Shown here in pieces: positions 18,880 through 29,023 of a stretch of 64,000 nt of DNA. The notes under the pieces were generated by a model, which searched no databases, was not told where the DNA came from, and saw nothing but the letters and a program-made list of their open reading frames with translations. The position numbers and the translations under genes are program-made. This DNA comes from Dehalococcoidia bacterium. GTDB taxonomy: Bacteria; Chloroflexota; Dehalococcoidia; UBA6926. Numbering within the stretch: position 1 is the first letter of the stretch; every line of letters starts with the position of its first letter. The DNA lies in the NCBI GenBank assembly GCA_965237465.1, contig OZ250138.1, positions 494,813-558,812 on the forward strand, read 5' to 3'.

Positions 18880-20934
18880 ATGCAGAGCTACTCAACAGCG
18901 GACATTCGAAACATTGTGCTGCTGGGTCACAACGGTGACGGGAAGACCACGTTGAGCGAGAGATTCCTCTTTCGATCCGGGGCCGTTACCCGTATGGGGC
19001 GCATTGAGGACGGCACGACGGCTTCCGACTATGAGCCGGAGGAGGAACGACGAGGCGGCTCGGTAAATCTGACCGTGCTGCCGGTGGAGTGGCAAGGCAA
19101 GAAGATCAATGTCCTGGATACACCCGGATACATGGACTTTCTGGGCGAGATGCTGAGCGGGGCGCGAGTCGCGGATGCCGCCGTCGTGGTTGCCGATGCC
19201 TCAACCGGCATTCAGGTTGGAACGGACATGAACTGGCAGCGAGCCGCCGCGAGAAATCTTCCGAGACTCCTAGTCCTGGGCAAGATGGACAGGGAAAACG
19301 CTGACTTTGATGTTGCGCTGGCCGCCGCACTGGCCCGTTACGGGTCCGGGTGCGCGCCCGTCATCGTCCCGATAGGCGCCGGGTCCGATTACCGCGGCGT
19401 AGTTGACGTCGTGCATCGAGCGGCTTATTTGGAGGACGGTCAGACCGCCGATGTAACCGACGATCTCGGCGTGGACCTTGACGCGTACAGGGAGCAGCTC
19501 GTCGAGGCGGTCGCCAATACCAATGATGATCTGGCGATCAAGTACCTCGAGGGTGAGGAGATCACGGACGAGGAACTGATAGACGCCCTCCGCGCGGGCA
19601 TACTGGCGAATCACGTATTTCCGGTGATCGCATTCTCCGGGCACGCAGGCGCCGGGACCGATGCCTTGCTCAACGCCATCGTGGAGCTTGTGCCGAGTCC
19701 GGCCGATTCCCCTGCCCCAATGGCGCAAACCTCAGCCGGCGAAGAGGCGGAAATAGCTCCCGATCCGGATGGCCCACTGGCCGCGCTCATATTCAAGACG
19801 ACAGCTGACCCGTTCGTCGGCAAGTTATCGTACTTTCGCGTCTATTCCGGAGTGATTCACACTAACAGCCAGTCGTGGAATGTGGCCCACAATCAGCAGG
19901 AGCGGATCGCGCAAGTCGTCGTGCCCGTCGGCAAGAATCACGTCAATGTGGACAGTTTGGCGCCTGGCGACATAGGAGCAGTGGCCAAGCTTGGCATATC
20001 GGGAACAGGCGAAACCCTGTCAACGCGAGAGGCTGGAATTGCCTTGCAGTCAATCGCGTTTCCGGAGCCGATTTTCAGCGTATCTGTTGAACCGAAGACA
20101 AAGGCTGATCTGGACAAGATGGGGGCCGCGCTTACGCGGCTCCTCGAGGAAGATCCCAGCCTGACCATGAACCGCGAGAGCGAGACGCATCAGGTCATCA
20201 TGTCGGGGCTCGGCGATTCCCACATTGATGTATCCGTCCAGAAACTGCATCACAAGTTTGGCGTTGACGTCGAGGTCGGGATGCCCAAGGTTCCGTACCG
20301 GGAGACGATTCGCGTATCGACGCGGGCAGAGTACAAACACAAGAAACAAACGGGCGGCCACGGCCAATATGGGCACGTGGTGCTACAGCTGGAGCCGCTG
20401 GAACGCGGCGTAGGCTTTGAGTTTGGTCAGAAGGTCGTCGGCGGCGCCGTGCCCAAGAACTTCATCCCGGCCGTGGAGAAGGGAATTCGGGACACTTTGC
20501 CGGAGGGCGCCGTCGCCCACTACCCCATTGTTGATGTGCGCGCCGTGCTTGTCGACGGCAGCTTTCACGCAGTTGACTCCTCAGAGATGGCGTTCAAGAT
20601 AGCGGCGTCAACTGCCCTCAAGCAGGGCATTCAGCAGGCCCAACCCGTTCTCCTAGAGCCGGTAATGGCGCTAGAGGTTGTTACGCCTGACACGTATACG
20701 GGCGATGTTATTGGCCACCTCAACGGCAAGCGCGCGCGCGTACAGGGGATGAATACGGAGAATGAGGTCACTGTGGTGCAGGCGGAGGCCCCGATGTCGG
20801 AGGTGTTGCGCTACGCCACAGAACTGCGCTCAATGACCCAGGGCCGGGCCTCGTACACGATGCACTTTTCTCATTATGAGGAGGTGCCGACGCACCTGGC
20901 GCAGAAGATCATAGAAGAGGGCGCGACAGCCTAA
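18880..20934 (+). CDS. fusA: Elongation factor G family translational GTPase (EF-G2-like paralog)
   Basis: G-domain GHNGDGKTTL, DTPGYMDF, and the full EF-G domain architecture (about 685 aa). The non-canonical G1 (GHNGDGKT rather than AHIDAGKT) suggests the EF-G2 paralog. SD ggagtgggggg sits before the ATG at 18880. Confidence 0.85.
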   Translation: MQSYSTADIRNIVLLGHNGDGKTTLSERFLFRSGAVTRMGRIEDGTTASDYEPEEERRGGSVNLTVLPVEWQGKKINVLDTPGYMDFLGEMLSGARVADAAVVVADASTGIQVGTDMNWQRAAARNLPRLLVLGKMDRENADFDVALAAALARYGSGCAPVIVPIGAGSDYRGVVDVVHRAAYLEDGQTADVTDDLGVDLDAYREQLVEAVANTNDDLAIKYLEGEEITDEELIDALRAGILANHVFPVIAFSGHAGAGTDALLNAIVELVPSPADSPAPMAQTSAGEEAEIAPDPDGPLAALIFKTTADPFVGKLSYFRVYSGVIHTNSQSWNVAHNQQERIAQVVVPVGKNHVNVDSLAPGDIGAVAKLGISGTGETLSTREAGIALQSIAFPEPIFSVSVEPKTKADLDKMGAALTRLLEEDPSLTMNRESETHQVIMSGLGDSHIDVSVQKLHHKFGVDVEVGMPKVPYRETIRVSTRAEYKHKKQTGGHGQYGHVVLQLEPLERGVGFEFGQKVVGGAVPKNFIPAVEKGIRDTLPEGAVAHYPIVDVRAVLVDGSFHAVDSSEMAFKIAASTALKQGIQQAQPVLLEPVMALEVVTPDTYTGDVIGHLNGKRARVQGMNTENEVTVVQAEAPMSEVLRYATELRSMTQGRASYTMHFSHYEEVPTHLAQKIIEEGATA

Positions 20935-21094
20935 ACAAGCAGACGAGGCGCCATCCAGGCAAGACAGGCGTCGCGGACAGGAATGAATTTGGGAGGGTTG
21001 GGCACTGCGCCCGGCTCTCCCAAGTCTGCTAGTGAGCCCGCATTCTCTCGCTGTTTCAAATCCAACGCGCCCGGAACGCCGGCATAGTTAGAGA

Positions 21095-21135
21095 AGGCGC
21101 CGCCACCTACACAGGCGGCGGCGCTCTATTCTTCC
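21095..21135. terminator. Bidirectional hairpin terminator between convergent EF-G and etfA
   Basis: gcgccgcc-N9-ggcggcgc with T-rich flanks on both strands. Confidence 0.5.
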
Positions 21136-21157
21136 AGAGTCGAAGAACTGCGGCGTT

Positions 21158-22156
21158 TTATCCCGCCATCAGTTTTGCCACCTCTTCGATGAACACCGGC
21201 AGGACCTGCTTGTAGTCGCCGACAACACCGAATCGCGATTCGCTGAAGATATTAGCTTCAGGGTCGCGGTTTATGGCGACGATGTTCTTGGAACCGGAGC
21301 AGCCCGCCATGTGCTGGCTTGCGCCGGAGAGGGCAAACGCAAAGTAAACGTCCGGCGATACGACGCGGCCGGTGATGCCGATCATTAGGTCCTGCTCGCA
21401 GAAGCCGGAGTCTGTCGCTGCTCGCGTGGCGCCCACGGCCGACGTAGGCAGCACCGCTGAAAGCTTGTAGAGCTCGTCGAAGCCGTCCTTGTCGCCCATG
21501 CCCCGTCCGCCAGTGACGACGATCGTCGCATCTTCAAGGCGAATTCCTTCAACCTGGGCGTCGGCATGCTTGACGAACCGAGACCGCACTGTCGATGAGT
21601 CAAGACCGACGTCCACGCCGGTGACCTGTCCGGAGCGGCCGCTCTGTGGCTCCACGCCGTCATAAGCCTTCATGTGAACGGTGGCGATGGCGGGCATCTT
21701 CGGAAAGGACACGACCTGGCGGAACTGACCGCCGGCGACGGATCGCGCGGCCTGGAACTGGCCGTCAACGATGCTGAGGCCCGATGTGTCTGTCGCGATT
21801 CCAGTCTGGAGTCGCACGGCGACATATGGCCCAAGATCACGTCCATTCGGCGTGTGGCCGATTAGGATGATTCGCGGGTTGGCTTGCTGTGCGATTGCCA
21901 TGACTGCCGGCGTGTAAGTGTCATTCAGGTAGTTCTCAAACTGCTCGCCGTCCACCACGTAGACGTTATCGGCACCGAGATCAATGATGTCCTGCGCTCG
22001 CGACGTAACGCCGTTGCCGATGAGCCCGACTGAGACCGGCTCGCCTAGACTTGCCGACAACTCAAGCGCCGCCGACATCATTTCGCTAGTGATTGAACGG
22101 ATAACACCGTCCGGGCTGGTCTCCGCAACGACAAGGATGCCACTTTCTCCCGCCAT
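21158..22156 (-). CDS. etfA: Electron transfer flavoprotein alpha subunit
   Basis: ETF alpha N-terminal domain plus the C-terminal FAD-binding domain (…[12 protein letters not shown]…). Confidence 0.9.
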   Translation of the reverse strand: MAGESGILVVAETSPDGVIRSITSEMMSAALELSASLGEPVSVGLIGNGVTSRAQDIIDLGADNVYVVDGEQFENYLNDTYTPAVMAIAQQANPRIILIGHTPNGRDLGPYVAVRLQTGIATDTSGLSIVDGQFQAARSVAGGQFRQVVSFPKMPAIATVHMKAYDGVEPQSGRSGQVTGVDVGLDSSTVRSRFVKHADAQVEGIRLEDATIVVTGGRGMGDKDGFDELYKLSAVLPTSAVGATRAATDSGFCEQDLMIGITGRVVSPDVYFAFALSGASQHMAGCSGSKNIVAINRDPEANIFSESRFGVVGDYKQVLPVFIEEVAKLMAG

Positions 22157-22221
22157 TATGTTTCTCTCCTTTTGCAGCTCATCGCTGCCACTTTGAGGTT
22201 GTTGACCAGGTATGCGGCCCG

Positions 22222-23013
22222 CTAGATAAGCCGCTCTTCACGGAGACGCATGGCGAGCGCCTTGGCGGCCTCTGCCGGCGAATCGCCCTCGATCATCTCG
22301 ACGTTTGCCGATTTCTCGGGCGCGAAAAGGTCAACGACGTTCGTGAATGGGTCGGCCATATTGACGTCCTGGAGGTCTGCCCGCCCCCACACGGTCGGCT
22401 CAATGCGGCGCGCTGTCATAATGCCCCGCATCGTCGCGTAGCGTGGCTGGCCGATTTCGTTCGAAACCGTGACCAGCGCCGGGAGCTTCGCCGCGACCGT
22501 GTCGATGCCATCGTCGACGATCCGGTCGATCTGCACTTCGTCCCCGTTAACCTCGAGCGCGACCGCGTTCGTCAGAACGGGGATGTCGAGAATGGCGGCA
22601 AGCGCCGTCGCGACGATTCCCTGGTCGAGGTCAGAGGACTGGCGGCCGGAAAGGATGAGGTCGAAATCGCCGATCTTGCGGATCGCGGAAGCCAACGCCG
22701 CCGCTACCGTCACGGGGTCGCCGTCGGGGAGCTCAGGATCTTGCACCAGGTACAGGTCGTCTGCACCCATTGCCAATGGCCGCTTGATCACGTCAAGGAC
22801 GTGGCTCTCGCCGAGGCTGACGACGCTCACGGTCGTGTCCCCCACGGTTTCCTTGACCCTCAAGGCAACCTCTGTGGCGTAGGTGTCATAGTCTGAAACG
22901 GCCGCCGGGACGCTTGCAGCGACGGCGACCTTTTTGGCGGCTCGATCAGCCGTGAACGAGCTCTCAGGCGCCTCAGGATCCGGCACCTGTTTTACGGTGA
23001 CAATGATGCGCAT
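22222..23013 (-). CDS. etfB: Electron transfer flavoprotein beta subunit
   Basis: MRIIVTVKQVPD… is a typical EtfB N-terminus. Confidence 0.9.
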   Translation of the reverse strand: MRIIVTVKQVPDPEAPESSFTADRAAKKVAVAASVPAAVSDYDTYATEVALRVKETVGDTTVSVVSLGESHVLDVIKRPLAMGADDLYLVQDPELPDGDPVTVAAALASAIRKIGDFDLILSGRQSSDLDQGIVATALAAILDIPVLTNAVALEVNGDEVQIDRIVDDGIDTVAAKLPALVTVSNEIGQPRYATMRGIMTARRIEPTVWGRADLQDVNMADPFTNVVDLFAPEKSANVEMIEGDSPAEAAKALAMRLREERLI

Positions 23014-23221
23014 GCATACCCCCAGAATTAATGCTTCAACGGGAAAATCTTGGAGTCCAAGAGCATGGAATTAATACCATTTGCCGCCTCTGAGTGTCAA
23101 GCTGCCGCAACGTGGAGGGCGCGTCGCTAAGGCCGCTTTCGCCCTGCCTTATGGGCTCCCCGTGCTATACTTCCGCACACAGTGATTGTCTCCGTTCTGG
23201 ACTGGCAGGAGGGCCGTAGCC

Positions 23222-25372
23222 GTGACCCCGGAAAAGGAATTTCTCTGGCAGATAGGCGATCTCAAGTGGATTCTGTTTTCCCTGGCCGCGCTGGTTGTCG
23301 CCTACATCTTCTATCGCCTGTATGAGCGAGCCCAACTATGGAAGATGGGCCAGCCTACGGACCGTCTTGGCAATCCATTTGTAAGGGGCCTCGCGTTTAC
23401 CCGTCTTCTCGTGACGCAGGGTTATGGCCATGAGAAATTTATGCGTGACCGCTATGGCGGCATCATGCACATACTTATTTTCTGGGGCGCGTCCATGCTG
23501 CTGTTGGCGACGTCGGTAGGAACTCTTGAGGAGGAGATACTCTATCCGCTCGCGCATCGCGACCTCCTGACATGGCCCATCGGCAATTGGTACCTTTATT
23601 CGTCACTTGCGTGGGACATTGGCGGCCTGATGGCCCTCACAGGGTTGTCTATGGCTGTCTTTCGTCGCACCGTCATCAAGAAGCCGCATTCGCCGGGACT
23701 GCTGGACGACAAGATCATTCTGACGATTGCGCTCATCCTTGTGTTCCAGGGCTTTGCTCTGGAAGGGACGCGCCAGCTCGGACAGAACTCGCTCGGAATC
23801 GAATACTTGGATCACCGTGACTGGGCAATCTGGTCTCCGGGCGGCATCGCATTTGCTGCGTTCTTCTATGAAGTACTAGGCGTTCGAGCAGAGACGGCGG
23901 AGACGGTGTATCGCGGCCTATGGTGGATGCACTCCACGACGGTTCTTGGCACGCTGGTCTATGCGGCCCTTACGCTCTCAAAGTTCAGCCACACCTGGAT
24001 ATCGCCGGCGAACTGGTTCTTCCGGAATCTTGAGCCCCGCGGCAAGCTGCAGGCCATACCAAACCTTGAAACACGGGATACTTTTGGCGCGGCAACGCTG
24101 ACCGACTTTACGTGGAAGCAGCTCATGGACGGCGATGCTTGCACACGATGCAGTCGCTGCACGGACAACTGCCCCGCCAACATCACCGGCAAGACTCTGT
24201 CGCCAATGATGGTGATCCAGAACCTCAAGAGTTACGTTGGTTCGTACGGACAAGCCCTCCATGACGCCGGTGGAGATGAATCAAAGGTCTCCCCTGACCT
24301 GATCCAGGCGCCGGCAGGAGAAGTAGTCGATGAGGAAGATCTGTGGTCATGCGTGACGTGCGGCGCCTGCATGGAGGCCTGCCCTGTCTACATCGAACAT
24401 GTTCCTACGATTGTTGAAATGCGGCGCTCCCTCGTGATGAACGAGGGCCGGATGCCTGACACGGCGGAGGCAGCACTCCGCAGTCTGGAGACTCGTGGTC
24501 ATCCGTGGTCCGGCATGAGCCGACCAAGAACTGAGTGGACAGAAGGCCTGGACGTCCCGCTGATGTCCGAGGTGGAGAATCCGGAGGAGCTGGAGGTCCT
24601 GTATTGGGTCGGCTGCGCCGCCTCAATGGAAGATCGCTCCATGCGTATTGCGCGGGCTACTGGCCGGATCCTGATCAAGGCCGGCATTAAGTTCGCCATT
24701 CTCGGCGATGAGGAATCATGCACAGGCGACCCGGCTCGCCGCATCGGCATGGAGTACCTGTTCCAACTTCAGGCGATGCAGAACATCGAGACGCTTGACC
24801 GCTACAACGTCAAGACAATCGTCACAACGTGTCCACACTGCTTCAACTCAATCGCCAATGAATATCCGGAATTCGGCGGGCGTTATGAAGTCATGCACCA
24901 CACGCAGTTTCTACAGAGCCTTGTGGCGTCCGGCCGCCTCGCGCTGGATCAAGCGCCGAATAACGCCGCCTCTTTTGGAAACGTCACATACCACGACCCC
25001 TGCTATCTTGGTCGGCACAACGGCATCTATGATCCGCCGCGGGAGGTCGTAGGCGGGATCCCCGGCGTCGAGAACGTGACTGAGATGGGGATGCACCGAA
25101 ATCGGGCGTTCTGCTGCGGGGCCGGCGGGGGCCATATGTGGATGGAGGACGGCCCGGGGGATGAGAAGATAAATCACCGTCGAACACGTCACGCCATTGA
25201 GGCCAATGCGGACGTCATCGCGACTGCCTGTCCGTTCTGCGCGCAGATGTTTGAGGACGGGGTGCGCGTGACGGGACAGGAAGGGAAGATGCGTGTGCTG
25301 GATCTCTCCGAGATGATTGTGGAGACCCTTGATGAGCCGGCGGCGGTCGCTGAGGACAGCGAATCTTCGTGA
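23222..25372 (+). CDS. Membrane-bound Fe-S oxidoreductase, EtfD/HdrED-like (putative ETF:quinone oxidoreductase)
   Basis: N-terminal multi-TM His-rich domain, two 4Fe-4S ferredoxin motifs (CTRCSRCTDNCP, CVTCGACMEACP), and two CCG domains (…TTCPHCFNS…, CCGAGGG…TACPFCAQM). The GTG at 23222 has the SD ggcaggaggg. The gene is divergent from etfB-etfA. Confidence 0.75.
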   Translation: MTPEKEFLWQIGDLKWILFSLAALVVAYIFYRLYERAQLWKMGQPTDRLGNPFVRGLAFTRLLVTQGYGHEKFMRDRYGGIMHILIFWGASMLLLATSVGTLEEEILYPLAHRDLLTWPIGNWYLYSSLAWDIGGLMALTGLSMAVFRRTVIKKPHSPGLLDDKIILTIALILVFQGFALEGTRQLGQNSLGIEYLDHRDWAIWSPGGIAFAAFFYEVLGVRAETAETVYRGLWWMHSTTVLGTLVYAALTLSKFSHTWISPANWFFRNLEPRGKLQAIPNLETRDTFGAATLTDFTWKQLMDGDACTRCSRCTDNCPANITGKTLSPMMVIQNLKSYVGSYGQALHDAGGDESKVSPDLIQAPAGEVVDEEDLWSCVTCGACMEACPVYIEHVPTIVEMRRSLVMNEGRMPDTAEAALRSLETRGHPWSGMSRPRTEWTEGLDVPLMSEVENPEELEVLYWVGCAASMEDRSMRIARATGRILIKAGIKFAILGDEESCTGDPARRIGMEYLFQLQAMQNIETLDRYNVKTIVTTCPHCFNSIANEYPEFGGRYEVMHHTQFLQSLVASGRLALDQAPNNAASFGNVTYHDPCYLGRHNGIYDPPREVVGGIPGVENVTEMGMHRNRAFCCGAGGGHMWMEDGPGDEKINHRRTRHAIEANADVIATACPFCAQMFEDGVRVTGQEGKMRVLDLSEMIVETLDEPAAVAEDSESS

Positions 25373-25552
25373 TACAGCAACCCGTTGGCCCGGCCACAGC
25401 TCTTGACGAGCGCCAGGAACCCGATGTCATTGGCCGGATTGCATTGGCGAGTCGGCCTGATTTGCCCTGCCGCGCATCGTTCACCGAACTGACCCCGATT
25501 GGAGCGCTGCGGCAAGCACGCCACGCCGGGAGCGCCTATACTAGTTTGGTGA

Positions 25553-25572
25553 AATGCATCAATTGATGCATT
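25553..25572. promoter_or_regulatory. Perfect 20-bp palindrome AATGCATCAATTGATGCATT immediately upstream of hflK (putative operator)
   Basis: A 10+10 perfect inverted repeat ending about 20 nt before the hflK ATG. A -10-like TATACT lies just upstream. Confidence 0.4.
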
Positions 25573-25592
25573 ACGTGTGATACGGAGCCTAG

Positions 25593-26717
25593 ATGCGACT
25601 ACCCCGAGTGCTTCTTTATCAGCAACAGCCTCGCCGCGAGGGCGAGAGCGAGCTGGATGAATTGCTGCGTCCGTTCAAGGAATTCTTTGGGCGACTGACC
25701 GGCAATAGCGATGGCGGCCAGGGCGGCAACGACGGACCCCGGGCTCCTAGCCGTCCCAGGCCGGGCCTTCCCTCCGGTCGAATCTTCGGCATCATTGCCG
25801 GTGTCATTGCTCTTATTTGGATAGGCTCAGGAATCTACATCGTCAACCCCGGCGAGGTCGCCATTCTCAGAACGTGGGGAGCGTGGCGGGGCGACCAGAT
25901 TACTTCGGGCCTGCATTGGCGCATCCCGTGGCCTGTCCAGCAAACGGACATCCTTAGCATTCAGCGTGTGCAGAGCATGGAGCTGGGATTCAGGAGCGAG
26001 GGCGAAATAGGCTCAGGACAGGGCGCCCGCCCGGTAGGTGCCGAAGCCCGCATGATCACCGGCGACGAAAACCTTGTTGATGCCCAGCTCGTCGTGCAGT
26101 ATCGGATTCGGGATGCCGGCGCCTTCCTCTTCAACGTGAAGGATCCGACCGGCCGGCCGGATGGCGATACGCTGCGTGATGCGACGGCGTCCGCGCTTCG
26201 TCAGATCGTTGGCCAACGTCTTATTGACGACGTGCTCACGACGGGCAAGGACATTGTGCAGGTGGAGACGCAGCAGCTGCTGCAGCGCCTGCTCGATGAC
26301 TATGGCACCGGCATACAGGTCGTCAATGTTCAGTTGCAGGACGTGCAGCCGCCCGATGAGGTGCAGGCTGCATTCAAGGACGTGATCAGCGCTCGCGAAG
26401 ATCGCTTGCGATTCATCAATGAGGGACAGGCCTACGCAGAGGACATCGTGCCGAGGGCGCGGGGCGAGGCTGAACGCGTTGTTCAGTCCGCCGAAGCATT
26501 CAAGGTGCAGCGGAGACTGGAAGCAACAGGAAACGCCAATCGTTTCCTGTCCCGCCTGAGGGAATACCGTGCGCACCCCGAGGCAACCCGCATTCGGCTT
26601 TACCTGGAAACCATGGAGCGAATATTGCCCGGCGTGAAGGTCATTGTGGTTGATGAGGAGATAGGATCGAACGTCCTGCCCTTCCTCCCACTTGATGACG
26701 GCGGATCCGGGGGTTAG
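25593..26717 (+). CDS. hflK: Membrane protease modulator HflK (SPFH/band-7)
   Basis: N-terminal Gly/Pro-rich region, a single TM, and an SPFH domain; it is followed by hflC. Confidence 0.85.
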   Translation: MRLPRVLLYQQQPRREGESELDELLRPFKEFFGRLTGNSDGGQGGNDGPRAPSRPRPGLPSGRIFGIIAGVIALIWIGSGIYIVNPGEVAILRTWGAWRGDQITSGLHWRIPWPVQQTDILSIQRVQSMELGFRSEGEIGSGQGARPVGAEARMITGDENLVDAQLVVQYRIRDAGAFLFNVKDPTGRPDGDTLRDATASALRQIVGQRLIDDVLTTGKDIVQVETQQLLQRLLDDYGTGIQVVNVQLQDVQPPDEVQAAFKDVISAREDRLRFINEGQAYAEDIVPRARGEAERVVQSAEAFKVQRRLEATGNANRFLSRLREYRAHPEATRIRLYLETMERILPGVKVIVVDEEIGSNVLPFLPLDDGGSGG

Positions 26718-26726
26718 GCGCGCATC

Positions 26727-27611
26727 ATGAAGTACATTCCCGTCCTTCTCGTAATCCTCATAATCGCCTTCGTTATTCTCGTTTCGCAGACGCTGTACAA
26801 GGTGGACCAGACTGAGCAGGTCATCATTACGCGCGTTGGCGTGTACCAGCGCACGGTGACCAATCCTGGTCTGCACTACAAGACGCCTTTCCTGGAAGCA
26901 GCCCACAGACTGGAAAAGCGGCTTCTGAGGTTCGATTCCGAGCCGTCCGAGTTTCTGACTGGGGAAAAGAAGGCCCTGATCATCGACTCCTACGCCCGAT
27001 ACAGGATCATAGATGCGAGACAATTCTTCGAGGTTGTTCGAACTGAACTCCAGGCCCGGGCGAGGCTTGAGGCCATTATTGCCTCTGAAATCCGTGAAGA
27101 AGTCGCTACGCACGACCAGATCGAGGTTATTGGCGAGCGGCGCGAGGCTCTCATGCAGGCCGTCTCACAGCGGAGCGATATCAAGGCTCGTGAATTCGGA
27201 ATGTCAGTAATCGACGTGCGCATTGTCGGCGCCGACTTCCCGGTTGAAGTCGCCAACAGCGTCTACGACCGGATGCGGAGCGAACGGATTCGTATCGCAA
27301 ACCGCTTCCGTGCGGAAGGCGATGAGGAAAAGGCGAAGATTGAGGCCGCCGCGGATCGGGAGCGGCAAGAACTTCTGGCCGCCGCCGGCGAGCAGGCGCA
27401 GACCATTCGTGGTGAGGGCGAGGCTGAAGCCATCAAGATTCAGGGCGAAGCAATCGATACGGATCGCGACTTCTACCTCTTCGTCAGAACGCTTGAGGCG
27501 TATGAGATTGCCGTCCGCGATGGGACTACCTTCATAGCGCCGCTTGGCTCCAACTTCTACCAATTCATTACGGACCCATACCCGGTGGGCGACGAGCAAC
27601 GTACGGAGTAG
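26727..27611 (+). CDS. hflC: Membrane protease modulator HflC (SPFH/band-7)
   Basis: MKYIPVLLVILIIAF… TM helix plus an SPFH domain with a coiled-coil C-terminus. Confidence 0.85.
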   Translation: MKYIPVLLVILIIAFVILVSQTLYKVDQTEQVIITRVGVYQRTVTNPGLHYKTPFLEAAHRLEKRLLRFDSEPSEFLTGEKKALIIDSYARYRIIDARQFFEVVRTELQARARLEAIIASEIREEVATHDQIEVIGERREALMQAVSQRSDIKAREFGMSVIDVRIVGADFPVEVANSVYDRMRSERIRIANRFRAEGDEEKAKIEAAADRERQELLAAAGEQAQTIRGEGEAEAIKIQGEAIDTDRDFYLFVRTLEAYEIAVRDGTTFIAPLGSNFYQFITDPYPVGDEQRTE

Positions 27612-27682
27612 CTCCGGCGCCACGCGAATCCCTTCTGCTGCCAGCAACGGAACTTGGCTCTCGCCCAGGTAATAGACGCCTG

Positions 27683-28363
27683 CTACGTTGTTGCCCCAAG
27701 ATTGGTCCGGCCCGTAGGACACTCGTCCAACAGCGGGCAGGAATCGCACAGAGGTTTGCGCGCCCGGCATATGTCCTTGCCGTGGGCCACGAAGAGGGCG
27801 TGATATTCGTTGAACAGCCCAACGTCCGGGGGCAAGGCATCATGGAACATTGCTTGCGCGTCCTCGTAGCTGAGGCGGCTGTCCGAATCAATGATCCCCA
27901 GTCGGCTCAGGATCCGGATCGTATAGGCGTCCATAACGAATATCGGTAGATTTCCCGCGTACAGCAGCATTGAGTCCGCCGTTTCCGGCCCCACGCCATA
28001 CAGGGACAGGAGCTCCTCCCGCAGGTCGGGCAACGATTTGGATGCATAAATCGCAGCAATGTCGTCTTCGTGTCTCCCCAGATATTCGCCGAGGACGCGC
28101 AGTTTCCTGGCTTTGGCGTTGAAGTAGCCGGAGGGTCGAATCAGCGACGCCAGGTCATCGTGCGGGCATGTTCGGAGCGCGGCAGGCGTGAGCACGTCGG
28201 CTTCTTTGAGGGCCGATATGGCGCGTTCCACGTTTGACCACGCCGTTTTCTGGGTCAGGATTGCGCCGACCATCACCTCGAACGGAGTTTCGCCCGGCCA
28301 CCAGTGCTGCTCGCCGTATGCCCTAAACAGACGGGAGTAGAGATCAGGCAGCGCGACCGTCAT
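27683..28363 (-). CDS. Endonuclease III-like HhH-GPD DNA glycosylase with C-terminal 4Fe-4S cluster loop
   Basis: HhH-GPD motif (LYGVGPETADSMLLYA), and C-x6-C-x2-C-x5-C (CRARKPLCDSCPLLDEC). The ATG (MTVALPD…) overlaps the upstream gene stop by ATGA. The track ORF carries a spurious Arg-rich extension. Confidence 0.75.
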   Translation of the reverse strand: MTVALPDLYSRLFRAYGEQHWWPGETPFEVMVGAILTQKTAWSNVERAISALKEADVLTPAALRTCPHDDLASLIRPSGYFNAKARKLRVLGEYLGRHEDDIAAIYASKSLPDLREELLSLYGVGPETADSMLLYAGNLPIFVMDAYTIRILSRLGIIDSDSRLSYEDAQAMFHDALPPDVGLFNEYHALFVAHGKDICRARKPLCDSCPLLDECPTGRTNLGATT

Positions 28364-28974
28364 GGCCGCGCCGCCGCAGACTGTTCTTCTTGCGCCAGAT
28401 TCTTGCCAAGGGCATGGGCCTGCGCGAGGGCTTCTGTGTTGGCAAGCACGTCGGTTGGGCGAACGACGCGCGGAACCAGGAGCCGCGCCCCTTCCCGAAA
28501 TTGGATGCTGACGAGCCATGAGCGTGTTGCCTGCATCGCCCCATCAAACTCCGAAGGGTCATCGCGATCGGCAGTGGCAAGGATGAGGGCTTTGCCGGAT
28601 CCGCGCCCGTTCCTGAGGTCCTGCCCCATGATGTACTTCTTGATCCATAGCGGCTGCGTTCGATCAAACATGGCTTTCGTCTGCGCAGGAACGCCGCGAA
28701 AGGTGACGCCAAATGCAATGAAGATCAGGTCCGCGCTGAGGAGCCGGGCATACAGGCTCTGCATATCGTCAAGGACCGTGCACACGCCGGTGGGCGTGCA
28801 ATCCTCGGATTGGGGACAAATGCATGGGCTGATGGCCAGATCACCCAGCGTGAGCTTGTGGGTCTCCGCCCCCGCAAGTTTGGCACCGTCTAGCGCGCGA
28901 TCCAGCAGTGTTTCGCTATTACCGCCGCGCCGCGTGCTCCCCGCTATGCCCAGTACTGTGATGGCCACCCGCAA
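28360..28974 (-). CDS. Flavodoxin-like NAD(P)H-dependent FMN reductase family protein
   Basis: ITVLGIAGSTRRGGNSE…, a Cys-rich insert like iron-sulfur flavoproteins, and ADLIFIA…; TTG or GTG start. Confidence 0.7.
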   Translation of the reverse strand: MRVAITVLGIAGSTRRGGNSETLLDRALDGAKLAGAETHKLTLGDLAISPCICPQSEDCTPTGVCTVLDDMQSLYARLLSADLIFIAFGVTFRGVPAQTKAMFDRTQPLWIKKYIMGQDLRNGRGSGKALILATADRDDPSEFDGAMQATRSWLVSIQFREGARLLVPRVVRPTDVLANTEALAQAHALGKNLAQEEQSAAARP

Positions 28975-29023
28975 TTATAGGCGGCGCCGCATGTATGATG
29001 ACTAGCAAAGGCAGGGGGGACAC

